NCBI GenBank assembly: GCA_963796105.1
Contig: CAWCKJ010000003.1
Coordinates: forward strand, 112,567-176,566
Source: a candidate division FCPU426 bacterium
Lineage (GTDB): Bacteria > Oederibacteriota > Muellerivitia > Muellerivitales > Muellerivitaceae
DNA length: 64,000 bases
Direction: 5' to 3'
Positions within the stretch are counted from its first letter, which is position 1. Each line of letters begins with the position of its first letter. Shown here in pieces: positions 38,211 to 47,283 of the stretch. A program made the position numbers and the translations under genes. The notes beneath the pieces are model-generated. The model was not told the DNA's origin, searched no databases, and saw only the letters and a list, made by a program, of their open reading frames with translations.

Positions 38211-40664
38211 ATGCCAACTGCGCTCGTTATTCATGGACATTTTTACCAGCCGCCCCGAGAAAACCCCTGGACAGGGGTGGTCGACGACCAGCCCAGCGCC
38301 CAACCCTTTCCCAATTGGAATGACCGTGTTTACTATGAATGCTATAGGCCCAACGCATTCGCCCGGGTATTTGACTCCAAGTCGAATCGAATCGAAAGCA
38401 TCGTCAATAGCTACGAGTCCCTCAATTTCAACATCGGGCCGACGCTCCTTTCATGGATGGAGAAATACCATCCCCAAACCTACCTGCGCATCCTTGAGGC
38501 GGACCGTAACAGCCTGAAGCGCAACGGGGGACACGGCAACGCCATCGCCCAGGCCTATAACCACGCCATCCTTCCCCTTTGCAACGAGGCGGACCGGGTA
38601 ACGCAAGTGAAATGGGGGATCGCTGATTTCAAATTCCGTTTCCGCAGGGAACCGGAGTCCTTGTGGCTATCCGAGACAGCCTGCGACGATGCCACCCTTT
38701 CAGTCCTGATTGATAACGGTCTTAAATACGTTATTCTTTCACCGGAACAAGCCCAAAGGGTCCGGCCACTGCCGGGCGGAGATTGGCACGACGTTTCCCG
38801 AAACGATTTCGATACGGGCGTGGCTTACCGCTACTTTCACAGGGATGGGTCCAGGCGTTTCATCGACCTATTCTTTTACGACCCGGAAATCTCCCGCGGA
38901 ATTGCTTTCGAGGGTGCTCTGGTAACCAGCCAGGCTCTTGTGGACCGCATCGCGCGGACGTCCAAAGGCGATGGAAGGATTGTCCACGCCGCCACCGATG
39001 GGGAATCCTACGGCCACCATACCAAATTCGGCGATTTAAGCCTAGCTTACGCCCTCAAGGTGGAAGCAGCAAACCGCGACTATTGGGTCACCAATTACGG
39101 AGCTTACCTGGAGAAATATCCGCCAGTTCAGGAGGTGGAGATTAAAAGAGGCGAGGATGGCCTAGGCACCTCCTGGAGCTGCGCCCATGGGGTGGGCCGA
39201 TGGTTCCGTGATTGTGGCTGCCAGACCGGGGGCAAGGAAGGCTGGAACCAGGTTTGGAGAGGCCCCTTAAGGAAAGCCTTCAACCATATCCGGGACAAAG
39301 TGAGCGGTTATTTCGAGGCGGAGCGCGGGAAGCTTTTCCTGGATCCCTGGGCGGCCCGCAACGATTACATCCAATTGGTCCTGAATCCCCTGGCATCCCG
39401 GGAGGAATTCCTGGAAAAACACGCGGGGAGGAGCCTTTCCTCCATGGAGCAGGTGAAGGCCTTGGCGCAATTGGAAATCCAGCGCAACTCCATGTTGATG
39501 TATACAAGTTGTGGGTGGTTTTTCTCAGAGATTTCCGGTATTGAGGGTGTCCAGGTCATGAAATACGCCGCCCGGATTTTCGACCTTATGAAGATCCTTG
39601 ACGAGATTTCCCCTGAAAACGAATTTTTGGCCATCCTGGGACAAGCCAAAAGCAATTTTCTGGAATTCGGTACAGGCGCTGACGTTTACCACCGCTTCGC
39701 CGAGTCTAGCCGCGTGACTCCCCAGGGCGTGGTTGCCCATTTGGCTCTTTCTTCGCTGGTCACTCCGGTGCCTGATGAGGGGGAAGCCGGGGGTTACTTA
39801 TACGAGATAACGAACCCGGTCCGGGAACAAAGGGGCAGGTATACGCTCATGGCGGGCCAGGTCCGCCTCAAGGAAGCCATGGTCCATCAAGAGTTCGGCT
39901 TCGCTTTCGCGGGAATCCACTTGGGGGGCATCGATTTTTACGGTGCAATCAAGCCTTTCTTGCCCCCAGATCTATTCCGGAAATCCTCCCGTAAATTGGT
40001 GGATATGTTCAATATCTTATCCCTCCCGAAACTTCTTCGCCTGCTTCAAGAAGAGTTCGGGCCAGAAGAATTTGGGGTTGAGCAGATCCTGCCGGAGGCC
40101 CGAAAGAAAGTCTTCCAGGAGGTGTTTGGAAGCCTGGTGGACCGGTTTTCCGAGCAATATGTCCGCTTGTATGAGGAAAACCGCCGGAACCTGGAAATGC
40201 TCCAATCCGTCGGGTTCGAGCTTCCCAAGGAAATCCAAGCGGCGGCAGAATTCACCTTTGGAAAGCTTTTTGAGGAGGAAATCCAGAAACGGGAATGGTT
40301 CAAGGACCCGGAGGCCTACCGAAGCCTGATCGAACTCGCGGACGAGGTCACCCAGCACGGTTACCGCATTGACCGGTTCGTACCCCAGCACACGTTCCGT
40401 AACCTTTTAACGGAAATCGTGGACAACGCTGTGACCGAGCCGAATGAGGATAACGTAAAAGCCGCCCTCGCGGTAGTGCAGATAACGAAAAAACTGGGAC
40501 TGGATTATAATCTTTACCTCGCCCAGGAGGCGGTATTTGAGGCAGCGGAAAAATCCCTGGAATTCGAGAAACTTATGGAGATTTCAGATTTATTGAATCT
40601 TCGAACAGATCTTCTTTTGGAAAAAAACACGAGGATCAAAGAAACACTTCGCCCCACGGCTTAA
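38211..40664 (+). CDS. glycoside hydrolase family 57-like protein with long C-terminal (DUF3536-like) extension
   Basis: N-terminal LVIHGHFYQPPRENPW and a DGE-containing block HAATDGESYGHH fit the GH57 conserved regions from memory. 817 aa. Confidence 0.55.
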   Translation: MPTALVIHGHFYQPPRENPWTGVVDDQPSAQPFPNWNDRVYYECYRPNAFARVFDSKSNRIESIVNSYESLNFNIGPTLLSWMEKYHPQTYLRILEADRNSLKRNGGHGNAIAQAYNHAILPLCNEADRVTQVKWGIADFKFRFRREPESLWLSETACDDATLSVLIDNGLKYVILSPEQAQRVRPLPGGDWHDVSRNDFDTGVAYRYFHRDGSRRFIDLFFYDPEISRGIAFEGALVTSQALVDRIARTSKGDGRIVHAATDGESYGHHTKFGDLSLAYALKVEAANRDYWVTNYGAYLEKYPPVQEVEIKRGEDGLGTSWSCAHGVGRWFRDCGCQTGGKEGWNQVWRGPLRKAFNHIRDKVSGYFEAERGKLFLDPWAARNDYIQLVLNPLASREEFLEKHAGRSLSSMEQVKALAQLEIQRNSMLMYTSCGWFFSEISGIEGVQVMKYAARIFDLMKILDEISPENEFLAILGQAKSNFLEFGTGADVYHRFAESSRVTPQGVVAHLALSSLVTPVPDEGEAGGYLYEITNPVREQRGRYTLMAGQVRLKEAMVHQEFGFAFAGIHLGGIDFYGAIKPFLPPDLFRKSSRKLVDMFNILSLPKLLRLLQEEFGPEEFGVEQILPEARKKVFQEVFGSLVDRFSEQYVRLYEENRRNLEMLQSVGFELPKEIQAAAEFTFGKLFEEEIQKREWFKDPEAYRSLIELADEVTQHGYRIDRFVPQHTFRNLLTEIVDNAVTEPNEDNVKAALAVVQITKKLGLDYNLYLAQEAVFEAAEKSLEFEKLMEISDLLNLRTDLLLEKNTRIKETLRPTA

Positions 40665-40679
40665 TAGAAAGAGGAAAAA

Positions 40680-42899
40680 TTGCCCCCGCGAAAAAAGAAA
40701 AACCAAATTGAAACAAAAAATACCAAATCTTCAAGTTCCGACTTGGAGCGTTTAGTCAACCTATCCCACCGCGACCCTCACTCCATTCTTGGCATTCATC
40801 CCGTTCCAGAAGGGGTTTTCATCCGGGTTTTCCGGCCTGAGGCCAAGTCCATTTCCGTTTTGCTGGGTAAGAGGGAAATCCAGCTCCAACCCATTGAACC
40901 CAAAGGATTGTTTGAGACGCTGTTGCCCGGGGAAAAAGAATTTCCTCCCTATCGTGTCAGGGCGGAATATCTTGGCGGAAATGTTTTCGAATATTGGGAC
41001 CCCTACGCTTTCTGGCCCACCTTGGGTGAATTGGATTTGTTCCTTTTGGGCGAGGGAAATCACGAGAGACTTTATGAAAAAATGGGAGCGCACCCCACAC
41101 GTTGGCAGGATGTCGAGGGGGTATCTTTCGCGGTCTGGGCGCCCGGCGGAAAAAGCGTCAGTGTGGTTGGGGATTTCAACGGCTGGGACGGTCGTCTGCA
41201 TATGATGCGGTGTCTGGGAGTGTCGGGCATTTGGGAAATTTTCATACCAGAACTTCCGGCAGGCACCATGTACAAATACGAGATCCGCACGCCTTCGGGC
41301 GACATCCGCATGAAAGCTGACCCTTACGCCTTCGCAACGGAAGTGCCGCCCAAGACGGCCTCGGTCGTGCACAAGACTGCCTTCCATTTTAATGATACTG
41401 TATGGATGGAGAAACGGAAGAAGAGCGACGCCCTCCGGGAACCTATGTCCATCTACGAGTTACACCCGGAATCCTGGAGGAAAGTTCCCGAGGAGGGCAA
41501 CCGTTCCCTGACCTATCGAGAAATGGCTTTCCAGTTGGCCGATTACATGAAGGAAATGGGTTTTACCCACGTTCAACTCATGCCGGTTATGGAGCATCCA
41601 TTTGGGGGGTCCTGGGGTTACCAGGTGACCTCCTATTTCGCGCCCACCTCACGGTTTGGAGATCCGGACGATTTCAAGTTTCTGGTGGACCACCTGCACC
41701 AAAACGGCATAGGGGTTCTCTTGGACTGGGTTCCAGCTCATTTCCCCAAGGACGATTTCGCCTTGGGCCGATTTGATGGCACCGCCCTTTATGAGCACAT
41801 TGACCCCCGCCAGGGGGAGCATCCGGATTGGGGTACTTATGTCTTCAATTTTGGGCGAAACGAGGTCCGCAACTTTTTGCTGTCCAGCGCTCTTTATTGG
41901 CTTTCCGAGTACCACGTGGACGGCTTGAGACTGGACGCCGTGGCCTCTATGCTTTACCTGGATTACAGCCGCCAGGATGGGGAGTGGGTCGCCAACAAGT
42001 ATGGAGGAAACGAAAATCTGGAAGCCATCTCCTTCCTCAAGCGCCTCAACGAATTGGCCCATGCCCAATTTCCGGGGGTGCTGATGATCGCCGAGGAATC
42101 CACGGCCTTTACGGGTGTGAGCAAGCCGACCTATACGGGCGGTCTGGGATTCGGATTCAAGTGGAACATGGGATGGATGCATGACACCCTTTTCTATTTC
42201 AGCCGGGACCCCATTTACCGCAGGTATAACCACAACAATCTCACCTTCGGTTTCCTCTACGCTTGGAGCGAGAATTTCATTCTGCCTCTGTCTCATGACG
42301 AAGTTGTTCATGGAAAATGTTCCCTCATCGACAAGATGCCGGGGGACCGATGGCAAAAATTTTCGGGTCTCAGGTCGCTTTTCGGTTATATGTGGGCGCA
42401 CCCAGGCAAGAAGCTCCTATTCATGGGGGGCGAGTTCGCCCAGTTCTATGAGTGGAACCATGAACAAAGCCTGGATTGGCATTTGACCCAATGGGCGGAC
42501 CATTGGCGTATGCAGGACTATATGAAGGATTTGAACCGCATCTACAAGGAAAACCCGGCCCTCTGGGAGGCGGATACGGACCCCTCCGGATTCCAATGGG
42601 TGGATGTCCACAACGCCAACGAAAATGTAGTGGCATTTTTAAGGAAATCCCCTAAAACCGGGAGACAGTTACTCTGCATCGGAAATTTCTCGCCGGTTCT
42701 CCGTCATGGTTACCGAGTGGGCTTGCCGAAGTGGGGGTATTACAAGGAAATCCTGAATTCTGATTCCGCTCACTATGGCGGAAGCAATTTCGGCAATGGG
42801 GGAGGGGTGCAATCCGAGGATATTTCCTACCAAGGGATGCCCCATTCCGCCATTGTGTTCCTCCCCCCCTTGTCGATCTTGTGGTTTGAGGCGCCCTGA
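40680..42899 (+). CDS. glgB: 1,4-alpha-glucan branching enzyme (GH13)
   Basis: N-terminal [10 protein letters not shown]. Catalytic-domain blocks [35 protein letters not shown] and MIAEEST. 739 aa. Confidence 0.9.
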   Translation: MPPRKKKNQIETKNTKSSSSDLERLVNLSHRDPHSILGIHPVPEGVFIRVFRPEAKSISVLLGKREIQLQPIEPKGLFETLLPGEKEFPPYRVRAEYLGGNVFEYWDPYAFWPTLGELDLFLLGEGNHERLYEKMGAHPTRWQDVEGVSFAVWAPGGKSVSVVGDFNGWDGRLHMMRCLGVSGIWEIFIPELPAGTMYKYEIRTPSGDIRMKADPYAFATEVPPKTASVVHKTAFHFNDTVWMEKRKKSDALREPMSIYELHPESWRKVPEEGNRSLTYREMAFQLADYMKEMGFTHVQLMPVMEHPFGGSWGYQVTSYFAPTSRFGDPDDFKFLVDHLHQNGIGVLLDWVPAHFPKDDFALGRFDGTALYEHIDPRQGEHPDWGTYVFNFGRNEVRNFLLSSALYWLSEYHVDGLRLDAVASMLYLDYSRQDGEWVANKYGGNENLEAISFLKRLNELAHAQFPGVLMIAEESTAFTGVSKPTYTGGLGFGFKWNMGWMHDTLFYFSRDPIYRRYNHNNLTFGFLYAWSENFILPLSHDEVVHGKCSLIDKMPGDRWQKFSGLRSLFGYMWAHPGKKLLFMGGEFAQFYEWNHEQSLDWHLTQWADHWRMQDYMKDLNRIYKENPALWEADTDPSGFQWVDVHNANENVVAFLRKSPKTGRQLLCIGNFSPVLRHGYRVGLPKWGYYKEILNSDSAHYGGSNFGNGGGVQSEDISYQGMPHSAIVFLPPLSILWFEAP

Positions 42900-42948
42900 T
42901 CAGGTGTTTGAATTTGACCTTAATTCAGTTCATCCATTGGAGCAAAAA

Positions 42949-43554
42949 ATGAAAAACAAAATATTAATTTGTTTATTGTTTTCAATTCTTTTCATTGCGA
43001 TCGCAGGACTATCCCCGTCAGAAAACGACTCGCGTATTATCGTCAAGCTTGGGCATAACTCGGCAAACGAGGAACAAAGAACAGCTTCCCTGTACCTGGT
43101 TTTCAAAGGGGACAAAAGCGACAGCATGATCGCTGTTGATTTAGAAAGAGAAACCCGTTTCTATGCCGAGGTTTGGGATGATTTGTATCTGCAAGTCACA
43201 ACCGAGTCAAGTGACGATGGCATTGAAGCCTACCATTTCGCTTTTTCAAAGGATGAGGCGGGCAATGAACCGGCAGCATTAAAAGACTCGAAGGATAAAG
43301 GGACATTGAGAGTGCTAGCTGCAGCGGATTTTAGGACGGTGGAAAATTCCTCAGCTCGCGTCTTGAAACCGGGTCCTGGAACCCCTGATGACCCCGGGGC
43401 CTTTCGATTGATTCATTATGGCGGTTTTGACGCCGAAATCAGAGTTCTTGAATTCAATATTGCCGGTGCGATTCCCAAAAAGAAACCCTATTTTAAATCA
43501 CTATCTTGCATAGTCGGGATTACCGAGAATAATCAAAAAACATTGGTTAAATGA
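42949..43554 (+). CDS. hypothetical secreted protein
   Basis: Start taken at the internal Met with signal peptide MKNKILICLLFSILFIAIAG; the listed ORF 42775.. overlaps glgB. No family assignable. Confidence 0.45.
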   Translation: MKNKILICLLFSILFIAIAGLSPSENDSRIIVKLGHNSANEEQRTASLYLVFKGDKSDSMIAVDLERETRFYAEVWDDLYLQVTTESSDDGIEAYHFAFSKDEAGNEPAALKDSKDKGTLRVLAAADFRTVENSSARVLKPGPGTPDDPGAFRLIHYGGFDAEIRVLEFNIAGAIPKKKPYFKSLSCIVGITENNQKTLVK

Positions 43555-43645
43555 TATTCCTTTATGTGTGTGGGTTATAAAGCCATTCCATTTGAATCTT
43601 ATATATAATGATCCGTTTTAAATCCGAATTAAGAAGGTTGACACT

Positions 43646-44755
43646 ATGAAACACAATTCCTCCATGAATTCTGAAAAACAAAAAAATACAAGCAATAAAG
43701 GAACCGCGGAAAAAACGATCCTTCAACGGGAATTGGACATGTTCCACAGGATCATCGAGGGCATGAGGGAGGAGCTTTCCTACGTGGATCTCCTGAAACT
43801 CACAGTCACCTGCGTCTGCAAGGGATTGGGCTATGACCGGGCCGGAATTTTCTTGGTGGAACCAGGTGGGAAGAGTATCGCGAGGGCCATCGGAGTTGAC
43901 GCCAAAGGCCGGTTCGAGGTCGGGCATGACCATGTGGATCCTCTTTTAAATAAAAAGGGTTTCAGCACTTTTTCGGATTTGGTTTACGGCTATAAAAAGT
44001 ATTTCTATACCGCCAACCTGCTCAAGCTTTATCCCGATGCCAAGGGTGTCGAGAAAGGCGTGACCTGCAACGCGAATGTTCCGATTTCGATGGGAAAGAA
44101 ACGAATCATAGGTGTTCTGGCCGTGGATAACCTATTCACCCAACGTCAACTGACCCTCAAGGATATCGGCTCCCTCATGAATTTCGCGACCCAGGCGGGG
44201 ATGGCCATTGAGACTATCCGACTTCATGAGCAGGTTCGCGAGCTTTCGGTTACCGACGGTTTGACAAGGATTCACAATCGGAGGTATTTCGAGAGGTTCC
44301 TGGAAGATGAGGCCGCGAGAAGCAAGCGGTATAACCGCGCCTTCAGTCTTCTTTACCTGGATGTGGACCATTTCAAAAAAATCAACGACCATTACGGCCA
44401 TCCAGCCGGCGATGAAGTGCTAAAATTCATCGCATTATTTTTGCGCGCTGACCTTCGAACCATTGATGTGGTAGCCAGATTAGGAGGGGACGAATTCGGC
44501 ATCATTCTTCCCGAAATACATCCGGAGGGGGCCATGACGGTAGCCCAGCGGCTTCATCGGAAGATTGCAGAAGTCCACCTGCCAGTGGAAGCGATGGTGA
44601 AAGACCGGAAAAAGATCACACTCAGTATTGGATTAGCCACTTTTCCGGAGAATGCCTCTAGCGCCGAGGAATTGGTCAAGATGGCGGATAAGAGCCTCTA
44701 CAAAGCCAAGACCTCCGGCCGAAATCGTGTTGGACCTTTTATTAGGAAATCCTGA
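43646..44755 (+). CDS. GAF-domain diguanylate cyclase (GGDEF)
   Basis: N-terminal GAF-like sensor. C-terminal GGDEF domain with RYNRAFSLLYLDVDHFKKINDHYGH..GD and the active-site GGDEF (LGGDEFGIIL). Confidence 0.85.
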   Translation: MKHNSSMNSEKQKNTSNKGTAEKTILQRELDMFHRIIEGMREELSYVDLLKLTVTCVCKGLGYDRAGIFLVEPGGKSIARAIGVDAKGRFEVGHDHVDPLLNKKGFSTFSDLVYGYKKYFYTANLLKLYPDAKGVEKGVTCNANVPISMGKKRIIGVLAVDNLFTQRQLTLKDIGSLMNFATQAGMAIETIRLHEQVRELSVTDGLTRIHNRRYFERFLEDEAARSKRYNRAFSLLYLDVDHFKKINDHYGHPAGDEVLKFIALFLRADLRTIDVVARLGGDEFGIILPEIHPEGAMTVAQRLHRKIAEVHLPVEAMVKDRKKITLSIGLATFPENASSAEELVKMADKSLYKAKTSGRNRVGPFIRKS

Positions 44756-44899
44756 GAACCCACTGATCCTTTTTGGCCGGCTTACTTGTCGGCAATTACC
44801 CGCTTTACTCGATGGCAGAGGTCCCTTGGCTTAGTAGCAGGTTGCGGGGTGGGTGGGTGGCCCCTATAATGATGCCGTTTATTAAAATTTCTAACCAAG

Positions 44900-45757
44900 G
44901 TGAATATGAAAGTTAAGCATCTGAAGAGTGTTAAGAAAACAATTTTAAAGAAGGAATCCAAATCGGCTTGGGAAAGGGTTCAATTGGCCCGGAATTCCCA
45001 ACGCCCCTTTACGGGAGACTATATTCCGCGTATTTTCACGGATTTTACCGCCATCCATGGGGATCGGGCCTTTGGGGATGATCTTGCTATCATCGGCGGT
45101 TTCGCTTACCTGGAAAGCCAACCGGTGGTGGTTTTGGGCCACCAAAAAGGCCATGACACAAAAGAAAATCTCCGCCGGAATTTCGGGATGCCTCATCCTG
45201 AAGGATACCGAAAGGCCCTCCGAATCATGAAATTGGGTGAGAAGTTCAAAAAGCCCATCATTTCATTCATTGATACGGCTGGGGCATACCCTGGCATTGG
45301 TGCTGAGGAACGTGGACAAGCCGAAGCTATCGCCCGTAATCTATTTGAAATGGCCAAACTCAAGGTTCCCGTGATCTCGGTCGTTCTGGGAGAAGGGGGA
45401 AGCGGGGGAGCCATCGGAATCGGGGTGGCTAACCGGGTTCTCATGATGGAAAACGCCTGGTATTCGGTCATCTCCCCGGAAGGTTGCGCGGCCATCCTTT
45501 GGGATGATCGGGAGAAAATTCAGCAAGCCGCCGAAGTGTTGAGGCTGACCGGAATGGATCTTCTTGATTTGAAAGTAATCGATGAGATCATTCCTGAACC
45601 CCATGGAGGAGCGCAGAACAATTTTGACGAAGCGGCGTACCAATTGAAAAAATCCCTTCTGAAGCACTTGTCAGTTCTCACGAAAATGTCACCGACGGAA
45701 CTAGAGGCTCAAAGGTACCAGAAATTCCGGGCAATCGGTGTTTTCAAGGAAAAATAG
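44900..45757 (+). CDS. accA: acetyl-CoA carboxylase carboxyltransferase subunit alpha
   Basis: Long collinear match to E. coli AccA (..[53 protein letters not shown]..) and ..[12 protein letters not shown]. Confidence 0.9.
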   Translation: MNMKVKHLKSVKKTILKKESKSAWERVQLARNSQRPFTGDYIPRIFTDFTAIHGDRAFGDDLAIIGGFAYLESQPVVVLGHQKGHDTKENLRRNFGMPHPEGYRKALRIMKLGEKFKKPIISFIDTAGAYPGIGAEERGQAEAIARNLFEMAKLKVPVISVVLGEGGSGGAIGIGVANRVLMMENAWYSVISPEGCAAILWDDREKIQQAAEVLRLTGMDLLDLKVIDEIIPEPHGGAQNNFDEAAYQLKKSLLKHLSVLTKMSPTELEAQRYQKFRAIGVFKEK

Positions 45758-45797
45758 AAATTTAAAAAACTACCCACTTTAAAGGTTTCGGCGTTTC

Positions 45798-46523
45798 ATG
45801 ATCCCCAGCCTTAAATCATTTTTTGTGTTTTTTTTAATGTTCGCATTATTCTGCCTTAACCCATTAACCTCTTGGTCTAAACCCCGGATTGTCCTCTTCG
45901 CCGCGCACGGCGGGTCGGAAGCAGGTGTGAAATCCGGTTCGGAATTGGAAAAAGACTGGAACTTAAAGATGGCTCTAACCCTTCAAAAATCCTTCGAAAC
46001 AGCAGGGTTTGAGGTGGTGATGATCCGAAAAGGGGATCAAACTATTCCCCCTGAAAGATGGGTCAACCAAATTAATACTTCCCAGGCTTCCTTGGCCATC
46101 ATCATTCATGCCGAAAGGGAATGGACGGGTAAAATCACAGGCCCACTTCTGGTGGTGGAGCCGCCATCACGTTCTGATGCCGGCGAGGAGGGCGTCCAGA
46201 AATGGGGAGCGGTCAATATGACCCAATTCAGATCAAGCCTTAAACTAGCGAGGGCCATCGGACAAAAATTAGGTGTGAATTTGGCACTCAATAACCTTTC
46301 CGATACCAGGACCCTGGCTGGCGAAGCCGTCTCTCCGGAGGGAAGAATTTTCTGTGTGCCCCATCAAAGTTTGAGATGGCTGACTATTCCCTCGGTGGTA
46401 TTGACACCTTTATTTTTAACATCCTCCCAAGATATTAGAATGATGAGCCTTCAAAGTGGCGTGCAGTCTTTTGCAACGAATACGGTTTCTGGGACTATGG
46501 ATTTTCTCCGGATTAACCCGTGA
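45798..46523 (+). CDS. N-acetylmuramoyl-L-alanine amidase (Amidase_3 family)
   Basis: Signal peptide. RIVLFAAHGGSEAG..G..E.D.NL.. and ..IIIHAE.. match the AmiA/B/C-type zinc amidase core. Confidence 0.7.
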   Translation: MIPSLKSFFVFFLMFALFCLNPLTSWSKPRIVLFAAHGGSEAGVKSGSELEKDWNLKMALTLQKSFETAGFEVVMIRKGDQTIPPERWVNQINTSQASLAIIIHAEREWTGKITGPLLVVEPPSRSDAGEEGVQKWGAVNMTQFRSSLKLARAIGQKLGVNLALNNLSDTRTLAGEAVSPEGRIFCVPHQSLRWLTIPSVVLTPLFLTSSQDIRMMSLQSGVQSFATNTVSGTMDFLRINP

Positions 46524-47218
46524 CAAGACCCCCGAAATCAAAGGACCAGTTAAAACTATTCCGCAACGACACCGGCAATATGGGCGGCCTTAATCAAGAA
46601 AGACTTGGTATGGACGTTGAAAAAACCAACTCGAATTTTAAAATCATCTACTTCGCGTTTCTGTTTTTGGTTTTTATTCTCGGATCATGGATTATTGTTC
46701 ATTACGCAAAACGTTCGGACGTGAAAGAAACTATTGCCAGTCCGGCGCATGACAATAAACTCTATGAACCGCAGGATAAACTTTGGTCTATCTTGGTCAA
46801 GGAAGTGGATACGGAAAACGGAAAGGCCTCTAATTTGCCCGTGACCATCCGGCGGAGTAAAACCCGGTATAGCCAGATGAAACAGGCTGTGTTGGCTTTT
46901 ATCCATGGACCTAGGTCCGGAAAATTCCAGGTGCCGGTTCCGGAAGGCGTTGATATAAACGAGTTTTATGTAACCCGTGAGGAAATCGCGGTGGTGGATT
47001 TAACCTTGTCGAATGTTAAAAAGGAAGAATTCGGCTTTTACGAGGAGACCCTATTTGTCCGGGGCCTGATTGAGACTTTGAGCAGGAACTTTTACGAGAT
47101 CAAACAAGTGAAAATTTTAGTGGATGGTCAAGACGCCCCGACCCTTTGCGGGCATTATGCATTGGGAACCGCTGATAGCGCTTCGGCGTCTTTCACCGCC
47201 GGAAAAGCGGCTCGCTAA
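46520..47218 (+). CDS. GerMN-domain membrane-anchored protein
   Basis: N-terminal TM IIYFAFLFLVFILGSWIIV. C-terminal GerMN-like domain (..VTIRRSKTRYS..AVLAFIHGP.. F..E..VVDL..). The start is uncertain. Confidence 0.5.
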   Translation: MTRPPKSKDQLKLFRNDTGNMGGLNQERLGMDVEKTNSNFKIIYFAFLFLVFILGSWIIVHYAKRSDVKETIASPAHDNKLYEPQDKLWSILVKEVDTENGKASNLPVTIRRSKTRYSQMKQAVLAFIHGPRSGKFQVPVPEGVDINEFYVTREEIAVVDLTLSNVKKEEFGFYEETLFVRGLIETLSRNFYEIKQVKILVDGQDAPTLCGHYALGTADSASASFTAGKAAR

Positions 47219-47283
47219 AATATTGTTTCCGCCGTTATGTTACGGCGCTTTAATCTAAACCCGAGATCAGGTAATGAGGAAAA

